From: a virus
Lineage: Duplodnaviria; Heunggongvirae; Uroviricota; Caudoviricetes
Length of the DNA stretch: 64,000 nucleotides
Reading direction: 5' to 3' (one strand)
IMG/VR virus record: IMGVR_UViG_3300031867_003838
Location: 44,671-108,670 of that record
In this document: positions 30,931-39,839 of the stretch, piece by piece
Layout of the letters: each line of letters begins with the position of its first letter
How positions within the stretch are numbered: the first letter of the stretch is position 1
The notes under the pieces: generated by a model
Seen by the model: the letters and a program-made list of their open reading frames with translations, nothing else
Told to the model about the DNA's origin: nothing
Databases searched by the model: none
Translations under genes and position numbers: made by a program

Positions 30931-32673
30931 ATGACTTTGGAAATTTTAGTGAACCACTATCAGGAAAATGAATCAATCGTAGAACGCTTCTTTTCATCCC
31001 TTGCCATGCAGAGGGGTGTGGAGTTCCGGGTTATGCTTTGCAGTGACGGGGGTGTGAGACTGCCCCCCGATCTTTTTTGTAAGTTCCAATTTGAAATTAC
31101 CTACCAGTACCTTCCCCACACCGGTGTGTGCCATACGAGGAACGTCATGCTGGAAAAGGCGACAGCTGATTATCTGATGTTCTGCGATGTGGATGACTGT
31201 TTTTCTTCCCCGTATGGGCTTAGCAGTCTGATGGCTGCAGCTGAGAAGTCGCGTGCGGACGTAATCGGATCGCCGTATCAGTGCGAAAGGCTCATAAACG
31301 GAAAATATGAGTACGCTACCTATAAGAACGACACGATCCGCGTCCATGGGAAGATCTTCAGGAGAGCGTACCTGACTGAGAACCACATCCGTTTCCCGGA
31401 TGAACTGGAAACGAGCGGCGACATGTCTTTCCTGTGGCTCACCTATGCGTTGACGGACAGAATCGTTTGGGTTCCTGAGAACTTCTACATCTGGAAGTGG
31501 AATCCGGACTCAGTGACCAGGGCTGATCCGTACAGCCATGTGATGAATTATGATCGGACGCTCAGGTGTTATGAGCTTTTGGCGAAGGATCTTGTGAGAA
31601 GGAAGCGGGGGGATCTGTTCCAGAATCTGGTGTCGACAACGATTTCTATGATTTATGTGGATATGACGCATCCGAGATGGAGACAGGCACCAAAGGAGTA
31701 TCAGGAGAGGGCGCGGAAAGCTGTCTGCGGTTATCTGTCCGAGTACTATGAGTTTTATGCGTCCGTAGATGAGAATTACAGGAAAAGCAAGTACCTTCTC
31801 ATGCTGAACTATAAGAATTTCCAGGGATTTTCTGATCCTTTTGAAAAGATTGATGAGTGGGCGCATTCTTTACTTCCTGCAGCCGATCAACCCAAAGGTA
31901 ATGGAGAAGAGAAAAGAGAAGAAGGCAGCGTCCTCATCATCGGCTATGGTGTCGTCGGTTCCAATCTGGCCAAGGAGTTGAGTCCTCTAAACCCCGAAAC
32001 CTATGATAAATACAAGGAAATCGACACACGGACAGCCGACAAATACAAAGTCGCCTTCATCTGTGTGGACACACCGGCGACTGGTGATTCGGACTGTGAC
32101 ACGACTGAAGTAAAGAACGCGATCATGGAGAATGAAGCACTTATATATGTGGTGAAGAGCACAGTTCTCCCCGGCACAACGGAGAGATTGATGCGTGAGA
32201 CAGGAAAGCACATAATCTTCAGTCCGGAGTATTATGGCGGCACGCAGCACTGCAATAACTATAATTTCGATTTTACAATCCTTGGCGGTGAGAAGGATGC
32301 CTGTATCAAAGTCGTTCAAGTATTACAGAAAGTATATGACGCTCGTCATCAATTTAGGATTACTGATTCGAAGACAGCAGAACTTGCGAAATATATGGAG
32401 AATAGCTATCTTGCAATGAAGGTATCATTCTGCAATCAGTTTTACGAAATCGCAAAGAAAGCCGGTGTGTGCTACGAAGAACTCCGTGAGCTGTTCGTTC
32501 TTGACCCACGAGTGGAACCATCACATACATTTGTGTACAGGGATCACCCTTGGTGGAGCAGCCATTGTTTAAATAAAGATGTTCCTGCTATTGCAAATGC
32601 TTATGACGCGAAATTATTACAAGACGTGATTGATTACAACACTGAATGTAAGACGGGCGATAGGGTATTATAA
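30931..32673 (+). CDS. Fusion protein: family-2 glycosyltransferase (N-terminal) + UDP-glucose/GDP-mannose dehydrogenase-like domains (C-terminal, truncated)
   Basis: GT2 signatures: VMLCSDGG and DxD motif FCDVDD. Rossmann motif IIGYGVVGS. UGDH central-domain match ENSYLAMKVSFCNQFYEIAKKAGV...LDPRV...SSHCLNKD. The region is much more GC-rich than the surrounding genes. The UDP-sugar-binding C-terminal domain is absent. Confidence 0.6.
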   Translation: MTLEILVNHYQENESIVERFFSSLAMQRGVEFRVMLCSDGGVRLPPDLFCKFQFEITYQYLPHTGVCHTRNVMLEKATADYLMFCDVDDCFSSPYGLSSLMAAAEKSRADVIGSPYQCERLINGKYEYATYKNDTIRVHGKIFRRAYLTENHIRFPDELETSGDMSFLWLTYALTDRIVWVPENFYIWKWNPDSVTRADPYSHVMNYDRTLRCYELLAKDLVRRKRGDLFQNLVSTTISMIYVDMTHPRWRQAPKEYQERARKAVCGYLSEYYEFYASVDENYRKSKYLLMLNYKNFQGFSDPFEKIDEWAHSLLPAADQPKGNGEEKREEGSVLIIGYGVVGSNLAKELSPLNPETYDKYKEIDTRTADKYKVAFICVDTPATGDSDCDTTEVKNAIMENEALIYVVKSTVLPGTTERLMRETGKHIIFSPEYYGGTQHCNNYNFDFTILGGEKDACIKVVQVLQKVYDARHQFRITDSKTAELAKYMENSYLAMKVSFCNQFYEIAKKAGVCYEELRELFVLDPRVEPSHTFVYRDHPWWSSHCLNKDVPAIANAYDAKLLQDVIDYNTECKTGDRVL

Positions 32674-32793
32674 AAGCAAAATTTTGTAATTAACACGGCC
32701 GACTCAGACGGAAATACAACTCACCTTTATCTGCTTGTCAGTGATCTGATTGACACATACACGGCTGGGGACGGCATCACGATTTCAAACAAT

Positions 32794-33366
32794 GTGGTCA
32801 GCGCCAAAATTGTAACCGCAAATGGCCTGACTATCGACGCGACAAATGGCATTAGTTTCACACATCCCGCAAGCGGAGTGACGCCTGGGACTTACACACA
32901 AGTAACTACCGATGCGCAGGGTCATGTTACCACTGGTGCAAATCCTAGCACTATTTCAGGCTACGGGATTCTTGATGCATACACTAAGACGGAAGTGGAT
33001 ACCGCCCTTTCTGGCAAAGTAAGCACTGAACAGGGCAAAGGATTATCCGCTAACGACTTTACCAATACATTGAAGACAAAGCTCGAAGGGATTTCGGCAG
33101 GCGCAGAAGTCAACGTTAACGCAGATTGGAATGCTTCATCAGGCGACGCGCAGATTCTAAACAAACCGACAACAGTTGCGGGATATGGTATTACGAACGC
33201 GTACACCAAGACAGAAATTGATTCTGCATTGTCAGGCAAAGTCAATACCGAATCTGGTAAAGGACTTTCATCTAATGACTTCACAACCGCGCTAAAAACA
33301 AAGCTTGAAGATATCGAGCCAATTACCGACGCTGAAATCATTGCCATTTGGAGCGGAAAATCTTAA
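32794..33366 (+). CDS. Fibre-repeat protein (GKGLS.NDFT repeats), probably the C-terminal remnant of a disrupted fibre gene
   Basis: No ATG and no SD; the ORF track starts it at a GTG. The reading frame is open back to the TAA of the upstream gene (32671-32673), and the upstream in-frame sequence is homologous to 26295..27179. C-terminus ITDAEIIAIWSGKS. Confidence 0.4.
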   Translation: MVSAKIVTANGLTIDATNGISFTHPASGVTPGTYTQVTTDAQGHVTTGANPSTISGYGILDAYTKTEVDTALSGKVSTEQGKGLSANDFTNTLKTKLEGISAGAEVNVNADWNASSGDAQILNKPTTVAGYGITNAYTKTEIDSALSGKVNTESGKGLSSNDFTTALKTKLEDIEPITDAEIIAIWSGKS

Positions 33367-33377
33367 AAGGAGGCACT

Positions 33378-35174
33378 ATGAAATACTTAACCTATGATGG
33401 TTTAAGAACATTAACCAATTTAATTAAAGGCGACATAAACGGTATTTCAGGTAATGTCATCCCTACATTCGAAGAAGTATACGACAACCTGATAAACCTT
33501 GACGAAGACACGAGCGGCCATACAGAAGGGAGCTTCCAATCCGCTGAAGGTCTTCACGGCCTTAGATATATCAACGGCGCATTCGAAGTCGCCGTTCCTA
33601 CATATACACCCGTCACTCCTTCGTCTGGCGACAACCCAAGCGAAGAAGGATGGTACGAAGAAACAAGTGGTACGTACTCTCCCACCGATGATACTACACC
33701 GACACAAGACAAAACTTATTACGAGAAAACGGTATCATGGACGGAGGTACAGGAAAAAGCCGTTGGAGAGATTGAAGTGATCCCAGAATTTTCGCAGAAA
33801 ACCTATACAGGTTCTGCACAGACCGTAGTTACTGCTGGTGAAGGAACGGGTGACATGTATTACTATTTGTCCGATTCTTCTACGGCTCCGGCAAGCAACG
33901 CGTATTCAACGTCACTTCCGACTCTGACGAATGCGACAGCCAATACGTATTACTTGTGGTATTACTCAGGAAAAACGAGTCAATATAAAGCAACAACGCC
34001 TACGTATGTCGTATGGCCTGGCGCTGCGGATCACATGCTGATGCAGAAAGCAACACCGACTATTACAAAGTCAACTAGTTCTGTATCATTAGACAGTTCA
34101 AATATGACACAAGATGTAACTATTACTGTTGTAACTGACGGAAGTCTAACTGTGTCTTCTTCAGATGTTACAATTGCAACTGTTTCCAATCTTTCTGGTA
34201 GCACCTATCGAATTTCTGCGGTTGGGGGTGGTAGTTGTACAATTAATATCAGTGCTACGAATGGGGTAAACTTTAATTTTTTGAGCGACTCTATTTCAGT
34301 TACTTGTACACTTATAAAATCGTTAAATGATTCTACTTGGTCTGAGATTTCTCAAGCTTCATCATCTGGTGTAGCCAATTCATATTGGAATGTAGGTGAC
34401 TGTAAGGAGATCACATTAAATGGTACGGTCGGTACTTTGGCACTTAGTAACAAGAAACTGTGCGTGTACATTCTTGGGTTTGATCACAACTCAGCGATTG
34501 AAGGTAGTGGTATTACTTTCGGCGGATTCAAGACGGCTGTTACGGGTGGAAAAGATGTGTGTTTGATTGATGGTAATTATAATTCATACACTACTAACGG
34601 TAGCAAATGGTTTAATATGAACCACTGGGGTAATTATAACTATGGTGGCTGGGCTGCAAGTGATGTGCGTTACGACGTTCTTGGAAGCACAAACAGTGCA
34701 CCATCTTCATATGGTAGTGCGAGAACAACATCCTCAACTGGTAATAATCCAACTAACACATGTGCTACAAGCCCAGTCAGTAACACACTGATGGCCGCAC
34801 TTCCAGAAGATTTAAGGGCTGTGATGAAACCAATCACAAAGTATACAGATAACAAAGGTAATAGTTCAACTGCTGCTGCAAATGTAACTACAACCATTGA
34901 TTACTTGCCGTTAATGTCTGAGTACGAAGTATTTGGTTCTACTTCTTACGCTAATACTAATGAGGCAACTAATCAGGCAAGGTATGCTTACTACGCCAAC
35001 AACAACAGCCGTGTGAAGTATGGGCATAGTTCAACTGGGTCTACCGCCCATTGGTGGCTTCGTTCTCCTGGCCGTTCGTACGCGAACCGCTTCGTGCGTG
35101 TTCACACTGACGGCAGTGTCTCCAACAGCCCCTCTAGGCTTTCGCGTGGCCTGGCGCCGCTCATTTTGATCTGA
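33378..35174 (+). CDS. DGR target protein 1: BIG2-like Ig domains + C-terminal lectin-like variable domain (WWLRSP...GLAPLILI)
   Basis: RBS AAAGGAGGCACT ATG. Paralog of 35536..37356. The C-terminal ~40 codons form variable repeat VR1. Confidence 0.65.
   Translation: MKYLTYDGLRTLTNLIKGDINGISGNVIPTFEEVYDNLINLDEDTSGHTEGSFQSAEGLHGLRYINGAFEVAVPTYTPVTPSSGDNPSEEGWYEETSGTYSPTDDTTPTQDKTYYEKTVSWTEVQEKAVGEIEVIPEFSQKTYTGSAQTVVTAGEGTGDMYYYLSDSSTAPASNAYSTSLPTLTNATANTYYLWYYSGKTSQYKATTPTYVVWPGAADHMLMQKATPTITKSTSSVSLDSSNMTQDVTITVVTDGSLTVSSSDVTIATVSNLSGSTYRISAVGGGSCTINISATNGVNFNFLSDSISVTCTLIKSLNDSTWSEISQASSSGVANSYWNVGDCKEITLNGTVGTLALSNKKLCVYILGFDHNSAIEGSGITFGGFKTAVTGGKDVCLIDGNYNSYTTNGSKWFNMNHWGNYNYGGWAASDVRYDVLGSTNSAPSSYGSARTTSSTGNNPTNTCATSPVSNTLMAALPEDLRAVMKPITKYTDNKGNSSTAAANVTTTIDYLPLMSEYEVFGSTSYANTNEATNQARYAYYANNNSRVKYGHSSTGSTAHWWLRSPGRSYANRFVRVHTDGSVSNSPSRLSRGLAPLILI
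35042..35166 (+). repeat. DGR variable repeat VR1
   Basis: 125 nt aligning with the template repeat at 37983..38107. 21 of 24 differences fall on template adenines. Confidence 0.6.
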
Positions 35175-35535
35175 TTTTTTTCATCGAGAAAAAAGAATAA
35201 AACACTCAAAGGCGTATGCGCACGAAAGTGTGCATCGCCTTAAATGAGAACCAAAAAAACATTAAGTTAATGTTCTTAACGTGACGCCGCGAAGCGGCTG
35301 AAAATTATTAGTTTATACAACAACTACAAAACCCTTTTGTGGAAACAACAACAAAATTCCAACGGTGGTCAATAAAACGACAATTTTATGGGTGTTTTGA
35401 CCACAATATGTTGTGGTTTTTGAAATTTCAAAAACTATATATAGTGGGTGTCGATACCTATAGAACTACTAATTGTGGTATGACACTAATTTTGTAACTG
35501 TAAACCGCATTTCCTCGTAAGGATAAGGAGGAACT

Positions 35536-37356
35536 ATGAAATATTTAGATTATAACGGCTTGACAGTTCTGTCAAATGCGATCAAAGGTGATTTGTCTAG
35601 TTTTACAGATACCGTGATCCCGACATTTGAAGAAGTGTATAGCAATTTGTTTACAATCGACCAGGATATTGAGGAACACAAGGAAGGTGAAGTCACTGAT
35701 CCTGACGGGATTCATGGCATTCGCTACGCAGATGGCGCTTTTCAGGTGGCGAATCCGACTTACGCAGAGGCTTCGCCCGCATCAGGAAGCAACCCGAAAG
35801 AATTAGGATTGTATGAATTGGTTAATGGCAACTATGTTCTAACTGATGATGAGGAAATTGTTTCTGGCAAAACTTATTACACAAGAAATGATTCATGGGA
35901 TGATGTAATCACGAAACCTGCTGGAAGTGTTACGACAACACCTTCATTCTCTCAGAAGACTTATAACGGATCTGCACAGACTATTGCTACTGCTGGCGAG
36001 GGAACTGGCACGATGTATTATTGTCTGTCAAACTCTTCTACTGCTCCGGCGCGTTCAAGCTATAGCACGACGTTGCCGACATTGACTGACGCGACAGATG
36101 CCACATATTATCTGTGGTATTATGCTGGCGCGTCTTCAAGCTATAAGGCTACTACGCCTGACTATGTAACATGGATCGGATCTGCAAATAACATGCTTAT
36201 GCAGAAAGCCGAACCGACTATCACAAAATCGAAATCATCTGTTTCACTCAGCACTGCGCAAATGTCCGATGATGTGACAATCACTGTGGTGACAGATGGC
36301 ACATATACGGTTACTTCGTCAGATACATCTGTTGCGACTGTGACAAACACATCTGGCAATACCTATCATATTGCTGTTGTGGCAAATGGTACGTGTACGA
36401 TCAATATTGATGTGGCAGAAGGATCGAACTATGCAGCAGCGTCAGACACTATTTCAGTTAGTTGTGCGTTGGTGAATAATACACTTGATAACAATGACTG
36501 GTCTACTATATCCGCGATTTCTGCGGCAGGTACTGGTAGTACATATTGGTCTGTTGGTGACTGCAAAGCGATTACACTCAATGGTACTGTTGGCACACTG
36601 AGTTTAAGTAATGTAACAACTTATGTTTATATTCTTGGATTCAATCACAACTCAAGTGTAGAAGGAACTGGCATTACGTTTGGTGGATTTAAAACTGCGG
36701 CATCTGGCGGTACAGATGTATGCTTGGTTGATAGTAAATATAATTCAAATGCTGGAAATAGTGGTGGCAAATATTTCCAGATGAACCATTGGGGATCATC
36801 GTCAAACCCGTACAATACTAACTATGGTGGCTGGGCGGCTTGCGATATGAGATATGACATCCTTGGTAGTACCGATTCACAACCGACTCCATATGGTAGC
36901 ACAAAGACTACATCCGCTACTGGTGTAAATGCAAGTAGTACATGCGCAACTAATCCAGTAGCAAATACCTTAATGGCAGCGCTTCCATCAGATCTTCGTG
37001 CGGTGATGAAACCGATTACTAAGTATACGGATAATAAGGGTAATTCAAGTACAGCGGCCGCTAACGTGACGGCTACTATTGATTATCTTCCGCTTCCGGC
37101 AGAAAAGGAAATATTTGGGTCAATTAGTAATGCAAATACAAATGAGGGTACAAACCAGGCACAGTATGCTTACTATGCTAACAACAATAGCAAGGTGAAG
37201 TATCGGCATGACGGCACGTCAACAGCCGCCCGTTGGTGGCTTCGTTCTCCTTACCGTTCGTACGCGTCCCACTTCGTGTCTGTTTACACTAGCGGCATTG
37301 TCAACTTCAACGGCTCGGGCAATTCGTTTGGCCTGGCGCCGCTCATTTTGATCTGA
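35536..37356 (+). CDS. DGR target protein 2 (paralog of target 1)
   Basis: RBS TAAGGAGGAACT ATG. Same domain order as target 1. The C-terminus carries VR2. Confidence 0.7.
   Translation: MKYLDYNGLTVLSNAIKGDLSSFTDTVIPTFEEVYSNLFTIDQDIEEHKEGEVTDPDGIHGIRYADGAFQVANPTYAEASPASGSNPKELGLYELVNGNYVLTDDEEIVSGKTYYTRNDSWDDVITKPAGSVTTTPSFSQKTYNGSAQTIATAGEGTGTMYYCLSNSSTAPARSSYSTTLPTLTDATDATYYLWYYAGASSSYKATTPDYVTWIGSANNMLMQKAEPTITKSKSSVSLSTAQMSDDVTITVVTDGTYTVTSSDTSVATVTNTSGNTYHIAVVANGTCTINIDVAEGSNYAAASDTISVSCALVNNTLDNNDWSTISAISAAGTGSTYWSVGDCKAITLNGTVGTLSLSNVTTYVYILGFNHNSSVEGTGITFGGFKTAASGGTDVCLVDSKYNSNAGNSGGKYFQMNHWGSSSNPYNTNYGGWAACDMRYDILGSTDSQPTPYGSTKTTSATGVNASSTCATNPVANTLMAALPSDLRAVMKPITKYTDNKGNSSTAAANVTATIDYLPLPAEKEIFGSISNANTNEGTNQAQYAYYANNNSKVKYRHDGTSTAARWWLRSPYRSYASHFVSVYTSGIVNFNGSGNSFGLAPLILI
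37226..37348 (+). repeat. DGR variable repeat VR2
   Basis: Aligns with the template repeat. 19 of 20 differences are at template adenines (AAC to TAC/TCC/CAC/TTC/GGC and similar). A GC-rich hairpin lies about 35 nt downstream (37386-37420). Confidence 0.75.
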
Positions 37357-37453
37357 TTTTTTCATCGAGAAAGAAACAAGACACTCATTGGGCGTGGGCA
37401 CGCGGAAGTGTGCCTCGCCCTTCACAATACTGAAGAAAGGAGAAATTCTCGTT

Positions 37454-37951
37454 ATGTCTGTATTAAAGAGTAAACGAAAAGAAAGTAAAGTTGAATTTCT
37501 GCGTGTAGCAAACGAAATCTATGAAGATACTCTGTGGTTTTTAAGCAGACTATCTGATCGTTATCAACGGTTCTTATGTGAGCATGTAATGAAACTTGGA
37601 TGTGAAGTAATCAGTGAAACTGTAAAAGCGAATCATATTATAATTCAGAGTAAGGCATCGTATGAAGCAAGAAAGATCCACTTATCAGAAGCACTATCTT
37701 CGCTCAATGCATTAGATGTTCAGTTAGGACATATATGGGCACTATTAATGAGGAATCCAGAAGGGTGTTTCAGAAACTCCGCAGGAGAATCGAAACCGCC
37801 CTCGGAGGCAATCAGCAAACTCAACTCTATGGCTGAAAATCTTGGAAACAAAATCGAGTACGAAGAAAACATGATCAAAAAGATTATGAAAAGCGACAAA
37901 GAAAAGTATAACAAGATAAAAGCTGAAGAGAAAGAGACAATCAAAAACTAA
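37454..37951 (+). CDS. Accessory variability determinant (Avd)-like small basic helical protein
   Basis: Lies between VR2 and the template repeat. RBS AAAGGAG before the internal ATG at 37454 (the ORF track starts at 37388). 165 aa, predicted helical, K/R-rich. Confidence 0.45.
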   Translation: MSVLKSKRKESKVEFLRVANEIYEDTLWFLSRLSDRYQRFLCEHVMKLGCEVISETVKANHIIIQSKASYEARKIHLSEALSSLNALDVQLGHIWALLMRNPEGCFRNSAGESKPPSEAISKLNSMAENLGNKIEYEENMIKKIMKSDKEKYNKIKAEEKETIKN

Positions 37952-37982
37952 AACAGGAGGAATAAAGGGTGCATTTCTGTAT

Positions 37983-38107
37983 TACCGCCAATTGGTGGCT
38001 TCGTTCTCCTAACCGTTCGAACGCGAACAACTTCGTGAATGTTAACACTAGCGGCAGTGTCAACAACAACAACTCGAACAATTCGAATGGCCTGGCGCCG
38101 ATCATTT
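37983..38107 (+). other. DGR template repeat (TR)
   Basis: Non-coding copy of the target 3' ends. It reads through in the VR reading frame and is adenine- and AAC-rich (aac cgt tcg aac gcg aac aac ... gtc aac aac aac aac tcg aac aat tcg aat). It has no start codon and no downstream hairpin. Confidence 0.75.
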
Positions 38108-38162
38108 ATAAACGTGTCGCAATTTCATAAGACATATAAATGAGGAGAAATGTTTCCCGTGG

Positions 38163-39467
38163 TTGCAATGCCACAAAAGTGCTAATGTACGTCAGGCACG
38201 GACGCTTCTTGCATGGTGGAGAATGGGTACTACCTCCATTTCATGTGCTGTGACTACGCATCGTGAAGGTATCCCCTACAACAGCGATGTGGCGTTAGCG
38301 AATAATTTAAAAATGACCAGTATTGAACGACATGAAAGGCGTTATCAACGACGTAAACAGAAAAGAGAAGAACGTCGCGAAGAACGCTTAAGTAAAATTA
38401 AATCAGTGGATGAGATCTTCGCATTTAACAAGATGTTTAAATACGGCGAACAGTGCTGTAGAGGTGTAATGTGGAAACATTCTGCGCAGATGTTTAAACT
38501 GCATCTGTTCTCGCGCACTGCTTCCAACATCAAGAGAGCGAAGAATGATTACAAACCAAAGCCGCTTTCAAAGTTTACGATCAGTGAACGCGGTAAAACA
38601 AGACAGATTGAGGCGCCGCATATTGATGACAGACAAATCCAGAAAGCGCTTGTGCATGAAGTGCTTTTGCCTGTGTATCTGCCACATATGATCTATAACA
38701 ATGGCGCGTCACTAAAGGGTAAAGGCTTACACTTTTCACAGGCACAACTTGACAAGATGCTTCACAGGCATATCAATCGGTATGGTATGAATGGGTGGAT
38801 CATCACGGCTGATATGAAGGGTTTCTTTCCGAATGCGGATCGCAACGTCGTAAAAGAGAATCACAAGATGATCAAGAATGAGCAAGTGCGCAATATCCTC
38901 GACACGATTACAGACATCGGAAGCGGCGACAGAGGACTACCACTTGGCGTTGAGCCGTCACAGGTTGAAATGATCGCACTTCCCTCTCCGCTCGACAACT
39001 TTATGTGTTGCCAGATGGGATTAAAGGGCTTCGGTCATTACATGGACGATTATCATATCATCGTGCCGCCCGACAGAGATCCGAAAGAGATTCTCGAAGT
39101 GTTTATTGAAAAGGCAGCAAGCATCGGAATTACCGTGAGTCGTGATAAAACAAGAATTATTCCATTCGGTAAGCCTTTTAAGTTCTGTAAGATGAAGAGA
39201 ATATTTGACAAGGACAGGATCATTCATCGCGGATGCAGAGATAGCGTAAAACGGCTCCGCACTAAGATTAAGAAGTTTTCAAAAACGGAAATGAACATGG
39301 AGGATATTGCAACCTCGATTGGTAGCTCATTATCTTACTTCGGGATAACGGATGATCATTACACGGTGTTGAAACTCAAGCGGCTATTTTATAAAGAATT
39401 TGGTTTTACATGTGAGGAATTACAAAGGAGAAATAAAGATGGAGTATATTTGCCACAGGCCGTATAG
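38163..39467 (+). CDS. DGR reverse transcriptase
   Basis: RT motifs in order: RQIEAPHIDDRQIQKAL, ITADMKGFF, LPLGVEPSQ (the DGR-type GxxxSQ signature) and GHYMDDYHII (YxDD). Start uncertain: the track uses TTG at 38163; ATGs at 38223 and 38313 are alternatives. Confidence 0.8.
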   Translation: MQCHKSANVRQARTLLAWWRMGTTSISCAVTTHREGIPYNSDVALANNLKMTSIERHERRYQRRKQKREERREERLSKIKSVDEIFAFNKMFKYGEQCCRGVMWKHSAQMFKLHLFSRTASNIKRAKNDYKPKPLSKFTISERGKTRQIEAPHIDDRQIQKALVHEVLLPVYLPHMIYNNGASLKGKGLHFSQAQLDKMLHRHINRYGMNGWIITADMKGFFPNADRNVVKENHKMIKNEQVRNILDTITDIGSGDRGLPLGVEPSQVEMIALPSPLDNFMCCQMGLKGFGHYMDDYHIIVPPDRDPKEILEVFIEKAASIGITVSRDKTRIIPFGKPFKFCKMKRIFDKDRIIHRGCRDSVKRLRTKIKKFSKTEMNMEDIATSIGSSLSYFGITDDHYTVLKLKRLFYKEFGFTCEELQRRNKDGVYLPQAV

Positions 39468-39837
39468 AGGAGTTTGTGCGGCAGGTAAGAAGCACTTTTT
39501 TAAAAAAGGATCAAAATTAGAATGCGTTAACGGATGGCTCATTAAAGGAGTAGAATGCATTTGCCACATGAATAGCGAGCTCGCGCATCTGTACTTTGCA
39601 CGCAATGATGATGGGCAAGGATTTCATAGAGGTGAGCTGACGCACAAAATCGCGTATGCTGACCGTCATCCTAACGAAGATAACGGATTCAGATTTACAC
39701 CTGAAGAGTGCGAAATGATTGAAACAGAATACGGTAAGTGGGTGAAACAGGAAGCGGAGACGCTTCTTTTTAATAACGATTTTTTCAATGCTGAGATCGG
39801 CGAACTGGAAGAATTAGCAAATAAATTGGAGGCGTAA
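39438..39837 (+). CDS. Cys-rich small protein (putative Zn-binding)
   Basis: RBS AAAGGAGAAATAAAG ATG. Motifs CHRPYRGVCAAGKKH and CVNGWLIKGVECICH. Overlaps the 3' end of the RT gene by 30 nt. Confidence 0.45.
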
Positions 39838-39839
39838 AT

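Noticed and set aside
30994-32419. Several 60-130-aa ORFs on both strands inside the GT2-UGDH gene
   Set aside because: The region is GC-rich, so random frames stay open. The plus-strand 580-aa ORF has clear GT2 and UGDH motifs.
32671-32673. Possibility that the in-frame TAA is read through by a phage-encoded suppressor tRNA
   Set aside because: The only intact tRNA has anticodon UUG (Gln). The atypical element's loop reads TAA (Leu-type), not a UUA suppressor. All other genes terminate normally in the standard code. A truncated remnant or re-initiation is more parsimonious.
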